Assembly: GCA_964016885.1 (NCBI GenBank)
Contig: OZ024743.1
Span: forward strand, 362,018,001 to 362,082,000
Direction of reading: 5' to 3'
Source: Eledone cirrhosa
Taxonomy: Eukaryota
Length of the DNA: 64,000 nt
The translations under genes were made by a program, and so were the position numbers. This document shows, one piece after another, positions 1 through 15,000 of the stretch. How positions within the stretch are numbered: position 1 is the stretch's first letter; every line of letters starts with the position of its first letter. The notes beneath the pieces were generated by a model, which had not been told where the DNA came from, ran no database searches, and saw nothing but the letters and a program-made list of their open reading frames with translations.

Positions 1-3000
1 CAGTGGAAACAATTGTTATAACTAGTACAGCTCACAGTGGAAACAATTGTTATAACTAGTACAGCTCACAGTGGAAACAATTGTTATGACTAGTACAGCT
101 CACAGTGGAAACAATTTTTATAACTAGTACAGTACACAGTGGAAATAATTGTTATAACTAGTACAGCACACAGTGCAAACAATTGTTATAACTAGTACAG
201 CTCACAGTGCAATAATTGTTATAACTAGTACAGCTCACAGTGGAAACAATTGTTATGACTAGTACAGCTCACAGTGGAAACAATTGTTATAACTAGTACA
301 GCACACCGTGGAAACAATTGTTATAACTAGTACAGCACACAGTGCAAACAATTGTTATAACTAGTACAGTACACAGTGGAAATAATTGTTATAACTAGTA
401 CAGCACACAGTGCAAACAATTGTTATAACTAGTACAGCTCACAGTGCAAACAATTGTTATAACTAGTACAGCTCACAGTAGAAACAATTGTTATAACTAG
501 TACAGCTGACGGTGGAAACAATTGTTATAACTAGTACAGCTGACAGTGGAATCAATTGTTATAACTAGTACAGCTCACAGTGGAAACAATTGTTATAACT
601 AGTTCAGCTGACAGTGGAAACAATTGTTATAACTAGTACAGCACACAGTGGAAACAATTGTTATAACTAGTACAGCTCACAGTGCAAACAATTGTTATAA
701 CTAGTACAGCACACAGTGGAAACAATTGTTATAACTAGTACAGATCACAGTGCAAAATATTGTTATAACTAGTACAGCACACAGTGGAAACAATTGTTAT
801 AACTAGTACAGCACACAGTGGAAATAATTGTTATAACTAGTACAGCACACAGGGGAAACAATTGTTATAACTAGTACAGCACACAGTGGAAACAATTGTT
901 ATAACTAGTACAGCACACAGTGGAAACAATTGTTATAACTAGTACAGCTCACAGTGCAAACAATTGTTATAACTAGTACAGCACACAGTGGAAACAATTG
1001 TTATAACAAGTACAACACACAGTGGAAACAATTGTTATAACTAGTACAGCTGACAGTGGAAACAATTGTTATAACTAGTACAGCTCACAGTGGAAACAAT
1101 TGTTATAACTAGTACAGCTGACGGTGGAAACAATTGTTATAACTAGTACAGCACACAGTGGAAACAATTGTTATAACTAGTACAGCTGACAGTGGAAACA
1201 ATTGTTATAACTAGTACAGCACACAGTGGAAACAATTGTTATAACTAGTACAGCACACAGTGAAAACAATTGTTATAAATAGTACAGCTCACAGTGGAAA
1301 CAATTGTTATAACTAGTACCGCACACAGTGGAAAAAATTGTTATAACTAGTACAGCACACAGTGGAAACAATTGTTATAACTAGTACAGCAGACAGTGCA
1401 AACAATTGTTATAACTAGTACAGCTCACAGTGCAAACAATTGTTATAACTAGTACAGATCACAGTGGAAACAATTGTTATAACTAGTACAGCTGACAGTG
1501 GAAACATTTGTTATAACTAGTACAGCTGACAGTGGAAACAATTGTTATAACTAGTACAGCTGACAGTGGAAACAATTGTTATAACTAGTACAGCACACAG
1601 TGGAAACAATTATTAAAACTAGTACAGTACACAGTGGAAACAATTGTTATAACTAGTACAGCACACAGTGCAAACAATTGTTATAACTAGTACAGCTGAC
1701 AGTGGAAACAATTGTTTTAACTAGTACAGCACACAGTGGAAACAATTGTTATAACTAGTACAGCACACAGTGCAAACAATTGTTATAACTAGTACAGCAC
1801 ACCGTGGAAACAATTGTTATAACAAGTACAGCACACAGTGCAAACAATTGTTATAACTAGTACAGCTCACAGTGGAAACAATTTTTATAACTAGTACAGT
1901 ACACAGTGGAAATAATTGTTATAACTAGTACAGCACACAGTGCAAACAAATGTTATAACTAGTACAGCACACAGTGGAAACAATTGTTATAAATAGTACA
2001 GCTGACAGTGGAAACAATTGTTATAACTAGTACAGCACACAGTGCAAACAATTTTTATAACTAGTACAGCACACAGTGCAAACAATTGTTATAACTGGCA
2101 CAGCACACAGTGGAAACAATTGTTATAACTGGTACAGCTGACAGTGGAAACAATTGTTATAACTAGTACAGCACACAGTGCAAACAATTTTTATAACTAG
2201 TACAGCTCACAGTGGAAACAATTGTTATAACTAGTACAGCTGACAGTGGAAACAATTGTTATAACTAGTACAGCACACAGTGCAAACAATTGTTATAACT
2301 GGGACAGCACACAGTGGAAACAATTGTTATAACTAGTACAGCACACAGTGGAAACAATTGTTATAACTAGTACAGCTCACAGTGGAAACAATTGTTATAA
2401 CTAGTACAGCTCACAGTGGAAACAATTGTTATGACTAGTACAGCTCACAGTGGAAACAATTTTTATAACTAGTACAGTACACAGTGGAAATAATTGTCAT
2501 AACTAGTACAGCACACAGTGCAAACAATTGTTATAACTAGTACAGCTCACAGTGCAAATAATTGTTATAACTAGTACAGCTCACAGTGGAAACAATTGTT
2601 ATGACTAGTACAGCTCACAGTGGAAACAATTGTTATAACTAGTACAGCACACAGTGGAAACAATTGTTATAACTAGTAAAGCACACAGTGCAAACAATTG
2701 TTATAACTAGTACAGTACACAGTGGAAATAATTGTTATAACTAGTACAGCACACAGTGCAAACAATTGTTATAACTAGTACAGCTCACAGTGCAAACAAT
2801 TGTTATAACTAGTACAGCTCACAGTAGAAACAATTGTTATAACTAGTACAGCTGACGGTGGAAACAATTGTTATAACTAGTACAGCTGACAGTGGAAACA
2901 ATTGTTATAACTAGTACAGCTCACAGTGGAAACAATTGTTATAACTAGTTCAGCTGACAGTGGAAACAATTGTTATAACTAGTACAGCACACAGTGGAAA

Positions 3001-6000
3001 CAATTGTTATAACTAGTACAGCTCACAGTGCAAACAATTGTTATAACTAGTACAGCACACAGTGGAAACAATTGTTATAACTAGTACAGATCACAGTGCA
3101 AACAATTGTTATAACTAGTACAGCACACAGTGGAAACAATTGTTATAACTAGTACAGCACACAGTGGAAATAATTGTTATAAATAGTACAGCACACAGGG
3201 GAAACAATTGTTATAACTAGTACAGCACACAGTGGAAACAATTGTTATAACTAGTACAGCACACAGTGGAAACAATTGTTATAACTAGTACAGCTCACAG
3301 TGCAAACAATTGTTATAACTAGTACAGCACACAGTGGAAACAATTGTTATAACAAGTACAACACACAGTGGAAACAATTGTTATAACTAGTACAGCTGAC
3401 AGTGGAAACAATTGTTATAACTAGTACAGCTCACAGTGGAAACAATTGTTATAACTAGTACAGCTGACAGTGGAAACAATTGTTATAACTAGTACAGCAC
3501 ACAGTGGAAACAATTGTTATAACTAGTACAGCTGACAGTGGAAACAATTGTTATAACTAGTACAGCACACAGTGGAAACAATTGTTATATCTAGTACAGC
3601 ACACAGTGAAAACAATTGTTATAAATAGTACACCTCACAGTGGAAACAATTGTTATAACTAGTACCGCACACAGTGGAAAAAATTGTTATAACTAGTACA
3701 GCACACAGTGGAAACAATTGTTATAACTAGTACAGCTCACAGTGCAAACAATTGTTATAACTAGTACAGCACACAGTGGAAACAATTGTTATAACTAGTA
3801 CAGCACACAATGGAAACAATTGTTATAACTAGTACAGCACACAGTGGAAACAATTGTTATAACTAGTACAGCTCACAGTGCAAACAATTGTTATAACTAG
3901 TACAGCACACAGTGGAAACAATTGTTATAACTAGTACTGCTGACAGTGGAAACAATTGTTATAACTAGTACAGCTGACAGTGGAAACAATTGTTATAACT
4001 AGTACAGCTGACAGTGGAAACAATTGTTATAACTAGTACAGCACACAGTGGAAACAATTGTTATAACTAGTACAGCTCACAGTGGAAACAATTGTTATAA
4101 CTAGTACAGCTGACAGTGGAAACAATTGTTTTAAATAGTACAGCACACAGTGGAAACAATTGTTATAACTAGTACAGCACACAATGCAAACAATTGTTTT
4201 AACTAGTACAGCTCACAGTGCAAACAATTGTTATAACTAGTACAGCTGACAGTGGAAACAATTGTTATAACTAGTACAGCTCACAGTGGAAACAATTGTT
4301 ATAAATAGTACAGCACACAGTGGAAACAATTGTTATAACTAGTACAGCACACAATGCAAACAATTGTTATAACTAGTACAGCTCACAGTGCAAACAATTG
4401 TTATAACTAGTACAGCTGACAGTGGAAACAATTGTTATAACTAGTACAGCTGACAGTGGAAACAATTGTTATAACTAGTACAGCCACACAGTGGAAACAA
4501 TTGTTATAAATAGTACAGCTCACAGTGCAAACAATTGTTATAACTAGTACAGCTCACAGTGGAAACAATTGTTATGACTAGTACAGCTCACAGTAGAAAC
4601 AATTGTTATAAATAGTACAGCTGACAGTGGAAACAATTGTTATAACTAGTACAGCTCACAGTGGAAACAATTGTTATAACTAGTACAGCACACAGTGGAA
4701 ACAATTGTTATAACTAGTACAGCTCACAGTGGAAACAATTGTTATAAATAGTACAGCTGACAGTGGAAACAATTGTTATAACTAGTTCAGCTCACAGTGG
4801 AAACAATTGTTATAACTAGTACAGCTGACAGTGGAAACAATTGTTATAACTAGTACAGCTGACAGTGGAAACAATTGTTATAACTAGTACAGCTGACAGT
4901 GGAAACAATTGTTGTAAATAGTACAGCTGACAGTGGAAACAATTGTTATAACTGGTACAGCTGACAGTGGAAACAATTGTTATAACTAGTACAGCACACA
5001 GTGGAAACAATTGTTATAACTAGTACAGCTGACAGTGGAAACAATTGTTTTAAATAGTACAGCACACAGTGGAAACAATTGTTATGACTAGTACAGCACA
5101 CAAAGCAAACAATTGTTATAACTAGTACAGCTCACAGTGCAAACAATTGTTATAACTAGTACAGCTGACAGTGGAAACAATTGTTATAACTAGTACAGCT
5201 CACAGTGGAAACAATTGTTATAACTAGTACAGCTCACAGTGGAAACAATTGTTATAACTAGTACAGCTGACAGTGGAAACAATTGTTATAACTAGTACAG
5301 CACACAGTGCAAACAATTTTTATAACTAGTACAGCACACAGTGCAAACAATTGTTATAACTAGCACAGCACACAGTGGAAACAATTGTTATAACTAGTAC
5401 AACTCACAGTGGAAACAATTGTTATAACTAGTACAGCTCACAGTGGAAACAATTGTTATAACTTGTGCAGCACACAGTGGAAACAATTGTTATAATTAGT
5501 ACAGCACACAGTGCAAACAATTGTTATAACTAGTACAGCTCACAGTGGAAACAATTGTTATAACTAGTACAGTACACAGTGGAAATAATTGTTATAACTA
5601 GTACAGCACACAGTGGAAACAATTCTTACAACTAGTAAAGCACACAGTGGAAACAATTGTTATAACTAGAACAGCTGACAGTGGAAACAATTGTTATAAC
5701 TAGTACAGCACACAGTGGAAACAATTGTTATAACTGGTACAGCTCACAGTGGAAACAATTGTTATAACTAGTACAGCACACAGTGGAAACAATTGTTATA
5801 ACTAGTACAGCTGACAGTGGAAACAATTGTTATAACTAGTACAGCACACAGTGGAAACAATTGTTATAACTAGTACAGCTGACAGTGGAAACAATTGTTA
5901 TAACTAGTACAGCTGACAGTGGAAACAATTGTTATAACTGGTACAGCTCACAGTGGAAACAATTGTTATAACTAGTACAGCTCACAGTGGAAACAATTGT

Positions 6001-9000
6001 TATAACTAGTACAGCTGACAGTGGAAACAATTGTTATAACTAGTACAGCTGACAGTGGAAACAATTGTTATAACTATTACATCTGACAGTGGAAACAATT
6101 GTTATAACTAGTACAGCACACAGTGGAAACAATTGTTATAACTAGTACAGCACACAGTGCAAACAATTGTTATAACTGGTACAGCTCACAGTGGAAACAA
6201 TTGTTATAACTAGTACAGCACACAGTGCAAACAATTGTTATAAGTAGTACAGCTCACAGTGGAAACAATTGTTATAACTAGTACAGCACACAGTGGAAAC
6301 AATTGTTATAACTAGTACAGCTGACAGTGGAAACAATTTTTATAACTAGTACAGCACACAGTGGAAACAATTGTTATAACTAGTACAGCACACAGTGCAA
6401 ACAATTGTTATAAGTAGTACAGCTCACAGTGGAAACAATTGTTATAACTAGTACAGCACACAGTGGAAACAATTGTTATAAGTAGTACAGCACACATTGC
6501 AAACAATTGTTATAAGTAGTACAGCTCACAGTGGAAACAATTGTTATAACTAGTACAGCACACAGTGGAAACAATTGTTATAACTAGTACAGCTGACAGT
6601 GGAAACAATTGTTATAACTAGTACAGCACACAGTGGAAACAATTGTTATAACTAGTACAGCACACAGTGCAAACAATTGTTATAAGTAGTACAGCCCACA
6701 GTGGAAACAATTGTTATAACTAGTACAGCACATAGTGGAAACAATTGTTATAACTAGTACAGCTGACAGTGGAAACAATTGTTATAACTAGTACAGCTGA
6801 CAGTGGAAACAATTGTTATAACTAGTACAGCACACAGTGGAAACAATTGTTATAACTAGTACAGCTGACAGTGGAAACAATTGTTATAACTAGTACAGCA
6901 CACAGTGGAAACAATTGTTATAACTAGTACAGCACACAGTGCAAACAATTGTTATAACTAGTACAGCTCACAGTGCAAATAATTGTTATAACTAGTACAG
7001 CTCACAGTGGAAACAATTGTTATAACTAGTACAGCTGACAGTGGAAACAATTGTTATAACTAGTACAGCTGACAGTGGAAACATTTGTTATAACTATTAC
7101 ATCTGACAGTGGAAACAATTGTTATAACTAGTACAGCACACAGTGGAAACAATTGTTATAACTAGTACACCTGACAGTGGAAACAATTGTTATAACTAGT
7201 ACAGCTGACAGTGGAAACAATTGTTATAACTAGTACAGCTGACAGTGGAAACAATTGTTATAACTAGTACAGCACACAATGGAAACAAATTGTTATAACT
7301 AGTACAGCTCACAGTGCAAACAATTGTTATAACTAGTACAGCACACAGTGGAAACAATTGTTATAACTAGTACAGCTCACAGTGCAAACAATTGTTATAA
7401 CTAGTACAGCACACAGTGGAAACAATTGTTATAACTAGTACAGCACACAGTGCAAACAATTGTTATAATTAGTACAGCACACAGTGGAAACAATTGTTAT
7501 AACTAGTACAGCACACAGTGGAAACAATTGTTATAGCTAGTACAGCACACAGTGCAAACAATTGTTATAACTGGTACAGCACACAGTGCAAACAATTGTT
7601 ATAGCTAGTACAGCACACAGTGCAAACAATTGTTATAACTGGTACAGCACACAGTGCAAACAATTGTTATAACTAGTACAGCACACAGTGGAAACAATTG
7701 TTATAACTAGTACAGCACACAGTGGAAACAATTGTTATAGCTAGTACAGCACACAGTGCAAACAATTGTTATAACTGGTACAGCACACAGTGCAAACAAT
7801 TGTTATAGCTAGTACAGCTCACAGTGCAAACAATTGTTATAACTAGTACAGCACACAGTGGAAACAATTGTTATAACTAGTACAGCTCACAGTGCAAACA
7901 ATTGTTATAACTAGTACAGCACACAGTGGAAACAATTGTTATAACTAGTACAGCTCACAGTGCAAACAATTTTTATGACTAGTACAGCACACAGTGCAAA
8001 CAATTGTTATAACTAGCACAGCACACAGTGGAAACAATTGTTTTAACTAGTACAGCTCACAGTGGAAACAATTGTTATAACTAGTACAGCTCACAGTGGA
8101 AACAATTGTTATGACTAGTACAGCTCACAGTGGAAACAATTGTTATAACTAGTACAGCACACAGTGGAAACAATTGTTATAACTAGTACAGCAAACAGTG
8201 GAAACAATTGTTATAACTAGCACATCACACAGGGGAAACAATTGTTATAATTAGTACAGCACACAGTGGAAACAATTATTATAACTAGTACAGCACACAG
8301 TGGAAACAATTGTTATAACTAGTACAGCTGACAGTGGAAACAGTTGTTATAACTAGTACAGCACACAGTGGAAACAATTGTTATAACTAGTACAGCTGAC
8401 AGTGGAAACAATTGTTATAACTGGTACAGCTCACAGTGGAAACAATTGTTATAAGTAGTACCGCACACAGTGGAAACAATTGTTATAACTAGTACAGCAC
8501 ACAGTGGAAACAATTGTTATAACTAGTACAGCACACAGTGGAAACAATTGTTATAACTAGTACAGCACACAGTGGAAACAATTGTTATAACTAGTACAGC
8601 ACACAGTGGAAACAATTGTTATAACTAGTACAGCACACAGTGGAAACAATTGTTATAACTCGTACAGCTGACAGTGGAAACAATTGTTATAACTAGTACA
8701 GCTGACAGTGGAAACAATTGTTATAACTAGTACAGCACACAATGGAAACAAATTGTTATAACTAGTACAGCTCACAGTGCAAACAATTGTTATAACTAGT
8801 ACAGCACACAGTGGAAACAATTGTTATAACTAGTACAGCTCACAGTGCAAACAATTGTTATAACTAGTACAGCACACAGTGGAAACAATTGTTATAACTA
8901 GTACAGCACACAGTGCAAACAATTGTTATAATTAGTACAGCACACAGTGGAAACAATTGTTATAACTAGTACAGCACACAGTGCAAACAATTTTTATGAC

Positions 9001-12000
9001 TAGTACAGCACACAGTGCAAACAATTGTTATAACTAGCACAGCACACAGTGGAAACAATTGTTTTAACTAGTACAGCTCACAGTGGAAACAATTGTTATA
9101 ACTAGTACAGCTCACAGTGGAAACAATTGTTATGACTAGTACAGCTCACAGTGGAAACAATTGTTATAACTAGTACAGCAAACAGTGGAAACAATTGTTA
9201 TAACTAGCACATCACACAGGGGAAACAATTGTTATAATTAGTACAGCACACAGTGGAAACAATTGTTATAACTAGTACAGCACACAGTGGAAACAATTGT
9301 TATAACTAGTACAGCACACAGTGGAAACAATTGTTATAACTAGTACAGCTCACAGTGGAAACAATTGTTATAACTAGTACAGCTGACAGTGGAAACAATT
9401 GTTATAACTAGTACAGCTGACAGTGGAAACAATTGTTATAACTAGTACAGCACACAGTGGAAACAATTGTTATAACTAGTACAGCACACAGTGGAAACAA
9501 TTGTTATAACTAGTACAGCACACAGTGGAAACAATTGTTATAACTAGTACAGCTGACAGAGGAAACAATTGTTATAACTAGTACAGATGACAGTGGAAAC
9601 AATTGTTATAACTAGTACAGCTGACAGTGGAAACAATTGTTATAACTGGTACAGCACACAGTGGAAACAATTGTTATAACTAGTACAGCTGACAGTGGAA
9701 ACAATTGTTATAACTAGTACAGCACACAGTGGAAACAATTGTTATAACTAGTACAGCACACAGTGCAAACAATTGTTATAACTAGTACAGCTCACAGTAC
9801 AAATAATTGTTATAACTAGTACAGCTCACAGTGGAAACAATTGTTATAACTAGTACAGCTGACTGTGGAAACAATTGTTATAACTAGTACAGCACACAGT
9901 GGAAACAATTGTTATAACTAGTACAGCACACAGTGCAAACAATTGTTATAACTAGTACAGCTCACAGTGCAAACAATTGTTATAACTAGTACAGATCACA
10001 GTGGAAACAATTGTTATAACTAGTACAGCTGACAGTGGAAACATTTGTTATAACTAGTACAGCTGACAGTGGAAACAATTTTTATAACTAGTACAGTACA
10101 CAGTGGAAATAATTGTTATAACTAGTACAGCACACAGTGCAAACAATTGTTATAACTAGTACAGCTTACAGTGGAAACAATTGTTATAAATAGTACAGCT
10201 CACAGTGCAAACAATTGTTATAACTAGTACAGCACACAGTGGAAACAATTGTTATAAATAGTACAGCTGACAGTGGAAACAATTGTTATAACTAGTACAG
10301 CACACAGTGCAAACAATTTTTATAACTAGTACAGCACACAGTGCAAACAATTGTTATAACTGGCACAGCACACAGTGGAAACAATTGTTATAACTAGTAC
10401 AGCTGACAGTGGAAACAATTGTTATAACTAGTACAGCACACAGTGCAAACAATTTTTATAACTAGTACAGCTCACAGTGGAAACAATTGTTATAACTAGT
10501 ACAGCACACAGTGCAAACAATTGTTATAACTGGGACAGCACACAGTGGAAACAATTGTTATAACTAGTACAGCTCACAGTGGAAACAATTGTTATAACTA
10601 GTACAGCTCACAGTGGAAACAATTGTTATGACTAGTACAGCTCACAGTGGAAACAATTTTTATAACTAGTACAGTACACAGTGGAAATAATTGTTATAAC
10701 TAGTACAGCACACAGTGCAAACAATTGTTATAACTAGTACAGCTCACAGTGCAATAATTGTTATAACTAGTACAGCTCACAGTGGAAACAATTGTTATGA
10801 CTAGTACAGCTCACAGTGGAAACAATTGTTATAACTAGTACAGCACACCGTGGAAACAATTGTTATAACTAGTACAGCACACAGTGCAAACAATTGTTAT
10901 AACTAGTACAGTACACAGTGGAAATAATTGTTATAACTAGTACAGCACACAGTGCAAACAATTGTTATAACTAGTACAGCTCACAGTGCAAACAATTGTT
11001 ATAACTAGTACAGCTCACAGTAGAAACAATTGTTATAACTAGTACAGCTGACGGTGGAAACAATTGTTATAACTAGTACAGCTGACAGTGGAATCAATTG
11101 TTATAACTAGTACAGCTCACAGTGGAAACAATTGTTATAACTAGTTCAGCTGACAGTGGAAACAATTGTTATAACTAGTACAGCACACAGTGGAAACAAT
11201 TGTTATAACTAGTACAGCTCACAGTGCAAACAATTGTTATAACTAGTACAGCACACAGTGGAAACAATTGTTATAACTAGTACAGATCACAGTGCAAAAT
11301 ATTGTTATAACTAGTACAGCACACAGTGGAAACAATTGTTATAACTAGTACAGCACACAGTGGAAATAATTGTTATAACTAGTACAGCACACAGGGGAAA
11401 CAATTGTTATAACTAGTACAGCACACAGTGGAAACAATTGTTATAACTAGTACAGCACACAGTGGAAACAATTGTTATAACTAGTACAGCTCACAGTGCA
11501 AACAATTGTTATAACTAGTACAGCACACAGTGGAAACAATTGTTATAACAAGTACAACACACAGTGGAAACAATTGTTATAACTAGTACAGCTGACAGTG
11601 GAAACAATCGTTATAACTAGTACAGCTCACAGTGGAAACAATTGTTATAACTAGTACAGCTGACGGTGGAAACAATTGTTATAACTAGTACAGCACACAG
11701 TGGAAACAATTGTTATAACTAGTACAGCTGACAGTGGAAACAATTGTTATAACTAGTACAGCACACAGTGGAAACAATTGTTATAACTAGTACAGCACAC
11801 AGTGAAAACAATTGTTATAAATAGTACAGCTCACAGTGGAAACAATTGTTATAACTAGTACCGCACACAGTGGAAAAAATTGTTATAACTAGTACAGCAC
11901 ACAGTGGAAACAATTGTTATAACTAGTACAGCAGACAGTGCAAACAATTGTTATAACTAGTACAGCTCACAGTGCAAACAATTGTTATAACTAGTACAGA

Positions 12001-15000
12001 TCACAGTGGAAACAATTGTTATAACTAGTACAGCTGACAGTGGAAACATTTGTTATAACTAGTACAGCTGACAGTGGAAACAATTGTTATAACTAGTACA
12101 GCTGACAGTGGAAACAATTGTTATAACTAGTACAGCACACAGTGGAAACAATTATTAAAACTAGTACAGTACACAGTGGAAACAATTGTTATAACTAGTA
12201 CAGCACACAGTGCAAACAATTGTTATAACTAGTACAGCTGACAGTGGAAACAATTGTTTTAACTAGTACAGCACACAGTGGAAACAATTGTTATAACTAG
12301 TACAGCACACAGTGCAAACAATTGTTATAACTAGTACAGCACACCGTGGAAACAATTGTTATAACAAGTACAGCACACAGTGCAAACAATTGTTATAACT
12401 AGTACAGCTCACAGTGGAAACAATTTTTATAACTAGTACAGTACACAGTGGAAATAATTGTTATAACTAGTACAGCACACAGTGCAAACAAATGTTATAA
12501 CTAGTACAGCACACAGTGGAAACAATTGTTATAAATAGTACAGCTGACAGTGGAAACAATTGTTATAACTAGTACAGCACACAGTGCAAACAATTTTTAT
12601 AACTAGTACAGCACACAGTGCAAACAATTGTTATAACTGGCACAGCACACAGTGGAAACAATTGTTATAACTGGTACAGCTGACAGTGGAAACAATTGTT
12701 ATAACTAGTACAGCACACAGTGCAAACAATTTTTATAACTAGTACAGCTCACAGTGGAAACAATTGTTATAACTAGTACAGCTGACAGTGGAAACAATTG
12801 TTATAACTAGTACAGCACACAGTGCAAACAATTGTTATAACTGGGACAGCACACAGTGGAAACAATTGTTATAACTAGTACAGCACACAGTGGAAACAAT
12901 TGTTATAACTAGTACAGCTCACAGTGGAAACAATTGTTATAACTAGTACAGCTCACAGTGGAAACAATTGTTATGACTAGTACAGCTCACAGTGGAAACA
13001 ATTTTTATAACTAGTACAGTACACAGTGGAAATAATTGTCATAACTAGTACAGCACACAGTGCAAACAATTGTTATAACTAGTACAGCTCACAGTGCAAA
13101 TAATTGTTATAACTAGTACAGCTCACAGTGGAAACAATTGTTATGACTAGTACAGCTCACAGTGGAAACAATTGTTATAACTAGTACAGCACACAGTTGA
13201 AACAATTGTTATAACTAGTAAAGCACACAGTGCAAACAATTGTTATAACTAGTACAGTACACAGTGGAAATAATTGTTATAACTAGTACAGCACACAGTG
13301 CAAACAATTGTTATAACTAGTACAGCTCACAGTGCAAACAATTGTTATAACTAGTACAGCTCACAGTAGAAACAATTGTTATAACTAGTACAGCTGACGG
13401 TGGAAACAATTGTTATAACTAGTACAGCTGACAGTGGAAACAATTGTTATAACTAGTACAGCTCACAGTGGAAACAATTGTTATAACTAGTTCAGCTGAC
13501 AGTGGAAACAATTGTTATAACTAGTACAGCACACAGTGGAAACAATTGTTATAACTAGTACAGCTCACAGTGCAAACAATTGTTATAACTAGTACAGCAC
13601 ACAGTGGAAACAATTGTTATAACTAGTACAGATCACAGTGCAAACAATTGTTATAACTAGTACAGCACACAGTGGAAACAATTGTTATAACTAGTACAGC
13701 ACACAGTGGAAATAATTGTTATAAATAGTACAGCACACAGGGGAAACAATTGTTATAACTAGTACAGCACACAGTGGAAACAATTGTTATAACTAGTACA
13801 GCACACAGTGGAAACAATTGTTATAACTAGTACAGCTCACAGTGCAAACAATTGTTATAACTAGTACAGCACACAGTGGAAACAATTGTTATAACAAGTA
13901 CAACACACAGTGGAAACAATTGTTATAACTAGTACAGCTGACAGTGGAAACAATTGTTATAACTAGTACAGCTCACAGTGGAAACAATTGTTATAACTAG
14001 TACAGCTGACAGTGGAAACAATTGTTATAACTAGTACAGCACACAGTGGAAACAATTGTTATAACTAGTACAGCTGACAGTGGAAACAATTGTTATAACT
14101 AGTACAGCACACAGTGGAAACAATTGTTATATCTAGTACAGCACACAGTGAAAACAATTGTTATAAATAGTACACCTCACAGTGGAAACAATTGTTATAA
14201 CTAGTACCGCACACAGTGGAAAAAATTGTTATAACTAGTACAGCACACAGTGGAAACAATTGTTATAACTAGTACAGCTCACAGTGCAAACAATTGTTAT
14301 AACTAGTACAGCACACAGTGGAAACAATTGTTATAACTAGTACAGCACACAATGGAAACAATTGTTATAACTAGTACAGCACACAGTGGAAACAATTGTT
14401 ATAACTAGTACAGCTCACAGTGCAAACAATTGTTATAACTAGTACAGCACACAGTGGAAACAATTGTTATAACTAGTACTGCTGACAGTGGAAACAATTG
14501 TTATAACTAGTACAGCTGACAGTGGAAACAATTGTTATAACTAGTACAGCTGACAGTGGAAACAATTGTTATAACTAGTACAGCACACAGTGGAAACAAT
14601 TGTTATAACTAGTACAGCTCACAGTGGAAACAATTGTTATAACTAGTACAGCTGACAGTGGAAACAATTGTTTTAAATAGTACAGCACACAGTGGAAACA
14701 ATTGTTATAACTAGTACAGCACACAATGCAAACAATTGTTTTAACTAGTACAGCTCACAGTGCAAACAATTGTTATAACTAGTACAGCTGACAGTGGAAA
14801 CAATTGTTATAACTAGTACAGCTCACAGTGGAAACAATTGTTATAAATAGTACAGCACACAGTGGAAACAATTGTTATAACTAGTACAGCACACAATGCA
14901 AACAATTGTTATAACTAGTACAGCTCACAGTGCAAACAATTGTTATAACTAGTACAGCTGACAGTGGAAACAATTGTTATAACTAGTACAGCTGACAGTG